Shown here: positions 57,115 through 58,111 of the stretch, piece by piece | Position numbering within the stretch: position 1 is the stretch's first letter | Layout: each line of letters opens with the position of its first letter | Assembly: GCA_040755995.1 (NCBI GenBank) | Contig: JBFMAF010000006.1 | Coordinates: 1 to 58,111, forward strand | Length of the DNA: 58,111 nt | Direction of reading: 5' to 3' | From: Acidobacteriota bacterium | GTDB lineage: Bacteria > Acidobacteriota > CAIWXX01 | The notes under the pieces: model-generated | Databases searched by the model: none | What the model was told of the DNA's origin: nothing | The model's input: only the letters and a program-made list of their open reading frames with translations | Position numbers and translations under genes: made by a program

Positions 57115-57869
57115 CGCTTCATGACCTCTTGCGCGAGCTGGAGGTAGGCCTGGGCTCCGCTCGACCGGATGTCATAGAGGATCACGGGCTTCCCGTGGCT
57201 GGGGGCCTCGCCCAGCCGCACGTTCCTCGGAATCACCGTCCTGTAAACGCGATCGCCGAAGTAGCGGCGCACCTCCTCGGTGACCATCCGGCTCAGGTTG
57301 GTGCGTTCATCGTACATCGTGAGCACCACACCCTCGATCTCGATGGCCGGATTCAGCGATGCGCGGACGCGGTCTACGGTCGACTCCAGCTCCGCAATGC
57401 CCTCCAGCGCGTAGTACTCGCACTGGAGCGGCACCAGCACGGTGTCACAGGCGACCAGGCCGTTGAGCGTCAGCAGACCCAGGGAGGGAGGCGTGTCGAT
57501 GAGGACATAGTCGAAGCGGGCCCGCACGGGCTCCAGCACGTTCCGCAGCGCATGCTCGCGCCCCTCGATCTGCACCAGCTCGATCTCGGCCCCCGTCAGC
57601 TCCCGCTCCGACGGCAGAAGCGAGAGCTGAGGGAGATCGGTCGGCAGGAGCGCCTCCTCGGCCGGCAGGTCGCCACCGAGCACCTTGTAGACAGTCCGCC
57701 CGCCGTGATTGCCGCGGTGGCCGAGCCCGGAGGTCGCGTTGCTCTGCGGATCGAAGTCCACGATCAGCGTCTTCTTCTCGGCCGCTGCCAGGCTGGCGCC
57801 CAGGTTCACCACCGTCGTCGTCTTCCCGACGCCGCCCTTCTGGTTGGCGACCGCGATCACCCTGCTCAT
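57111..57869 (-). CDS. parA: Chromosome partitioning ATPase ParA/Soj
   Basis: ANQKGGVGKTTT, DPQSNAT, IDTPPSLG, IPRNVRLGEAPSHG; true start ATG 57869. Confidence 0.96.
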   Translation of the reverse strand: MSRVIAVANQKGGVGKTTTVVNLGASLAAAEKKTLIVDFDPQSNATSGLGHRGNHGGRTVYKVLGGDLPAEEALLPTDLPQLSLLPSERELTGAEIELVQIEGREHALRNVLEPVRARFDYVLIDTPPSLGLLTLNGLVACDTVLVPLQCEYYALEGIAELESTVDRVRASLNPAIEIEGVVLTMYDERTNLSRMVTEEVRRYFGDRVYRTVIPRNVRLGEAPSHGKPVILYDIRSSGAQAYLQLAQEVMKR

Positions 57870-57872
57870 TCT

Positions 57873-57888
57873 TGTTCCACGTGGAACA
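57873..57888. promoter_or_regulatory. parS: parS site 1
   Basis: Perfect palindrome TGTTCCACGTGGAACA matching the chromosomal parS consensus. Confidence 0.93.
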
Positions 57889-58005
57889 CCCAGGGTACCA
57901 GAAACCGCGCCTGTGGGGAAGAGCGACGCGGTGACCAGGTGACCAGCGGTGACGCGGAGGCATCGCGCTGCATGTTTGGTGGCATGAGAAACCGGGCAGC
58001 GACCG

Positions 58006-58021
58006 TGTTCCACGTGGAACA
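58006..58021. promoter_or_regulatory. parS: parS site 2
   Basis: Identical TGTTCCACGTGGAACA. Confidence 0.93.
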
Positions 58022-58111
58022 CCGGCCGGCATGGTGGGGGGACGGCGCGCGTCCGGGGGGGCGCCCAAGCGCCCCCCCGGTGCGGGGCACACCCGCCCCC
58101 CGCGGGCCCCG

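Noticed and set aside
57870..58022. N-terminal extension of ParA beginning MFHVEH
   Set aside because: It is the translation of the parS palindrome; the ParA fold starts at MSRVIAVANQKGG (57869)
58030..58111. G/C-run hairpin at the window end
   Set aside because: Low-complexity terminal sequence; may be an assembly artefact and cannot be interpreted

Overview
GC-rich bacterial chromosomal segment, probably Acidobacteriota-like (an inference from gene content). It ends at a parA-parB-bactofilin locus with two perfect parS palindromes, so it probably lies near oriC. The left arm (0-19 kb) holds envelope and periplasmic genes: TolB-like propeller, DedA, DUF1684, double-GAF, phosphodiesterase, YfhO, S9 peptidase, an Omp85 barrel with partner, an OmpA pair, a BNR propeller and a ferritin-like protein. 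The right arm (43-58 kb) is largely housekeeping: GMC oxidase, B12 radical SAM, PepF, GT2, dusB, mutL, M50 peptidase and icd. Between two patches of PIN-toxin/BNR gene debris (19.2-20 kb and 42-43 kb) lies an accessory block with four parts. (i) A TPR Ser/Thr kinase, an 80-aa orphan and a RiPP-type B12 radical SAM methyltransferase with an unusual Cx14Cx2C motif. (ii) An operon of two DUF4139 proteins, an acidic protein, a putative His/Cys peptidase and a LysM-PG-binding protein. (iii) A complete myxobacterial-type (Mx65-like, type XIII) retron: helical ARM/HEAT-like protein, SWIM Zn-finger protein, structured ncRNA region and RT. (iv) GntR, activase and HypD hydroxyproline dehydratase. The most striking signal is the retron's 348-nt intergenic region, which appears to hold TWO tandem structured modules, each with msr-msd-like features. 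All family assignments come from motif recognition and memory, not database searches.
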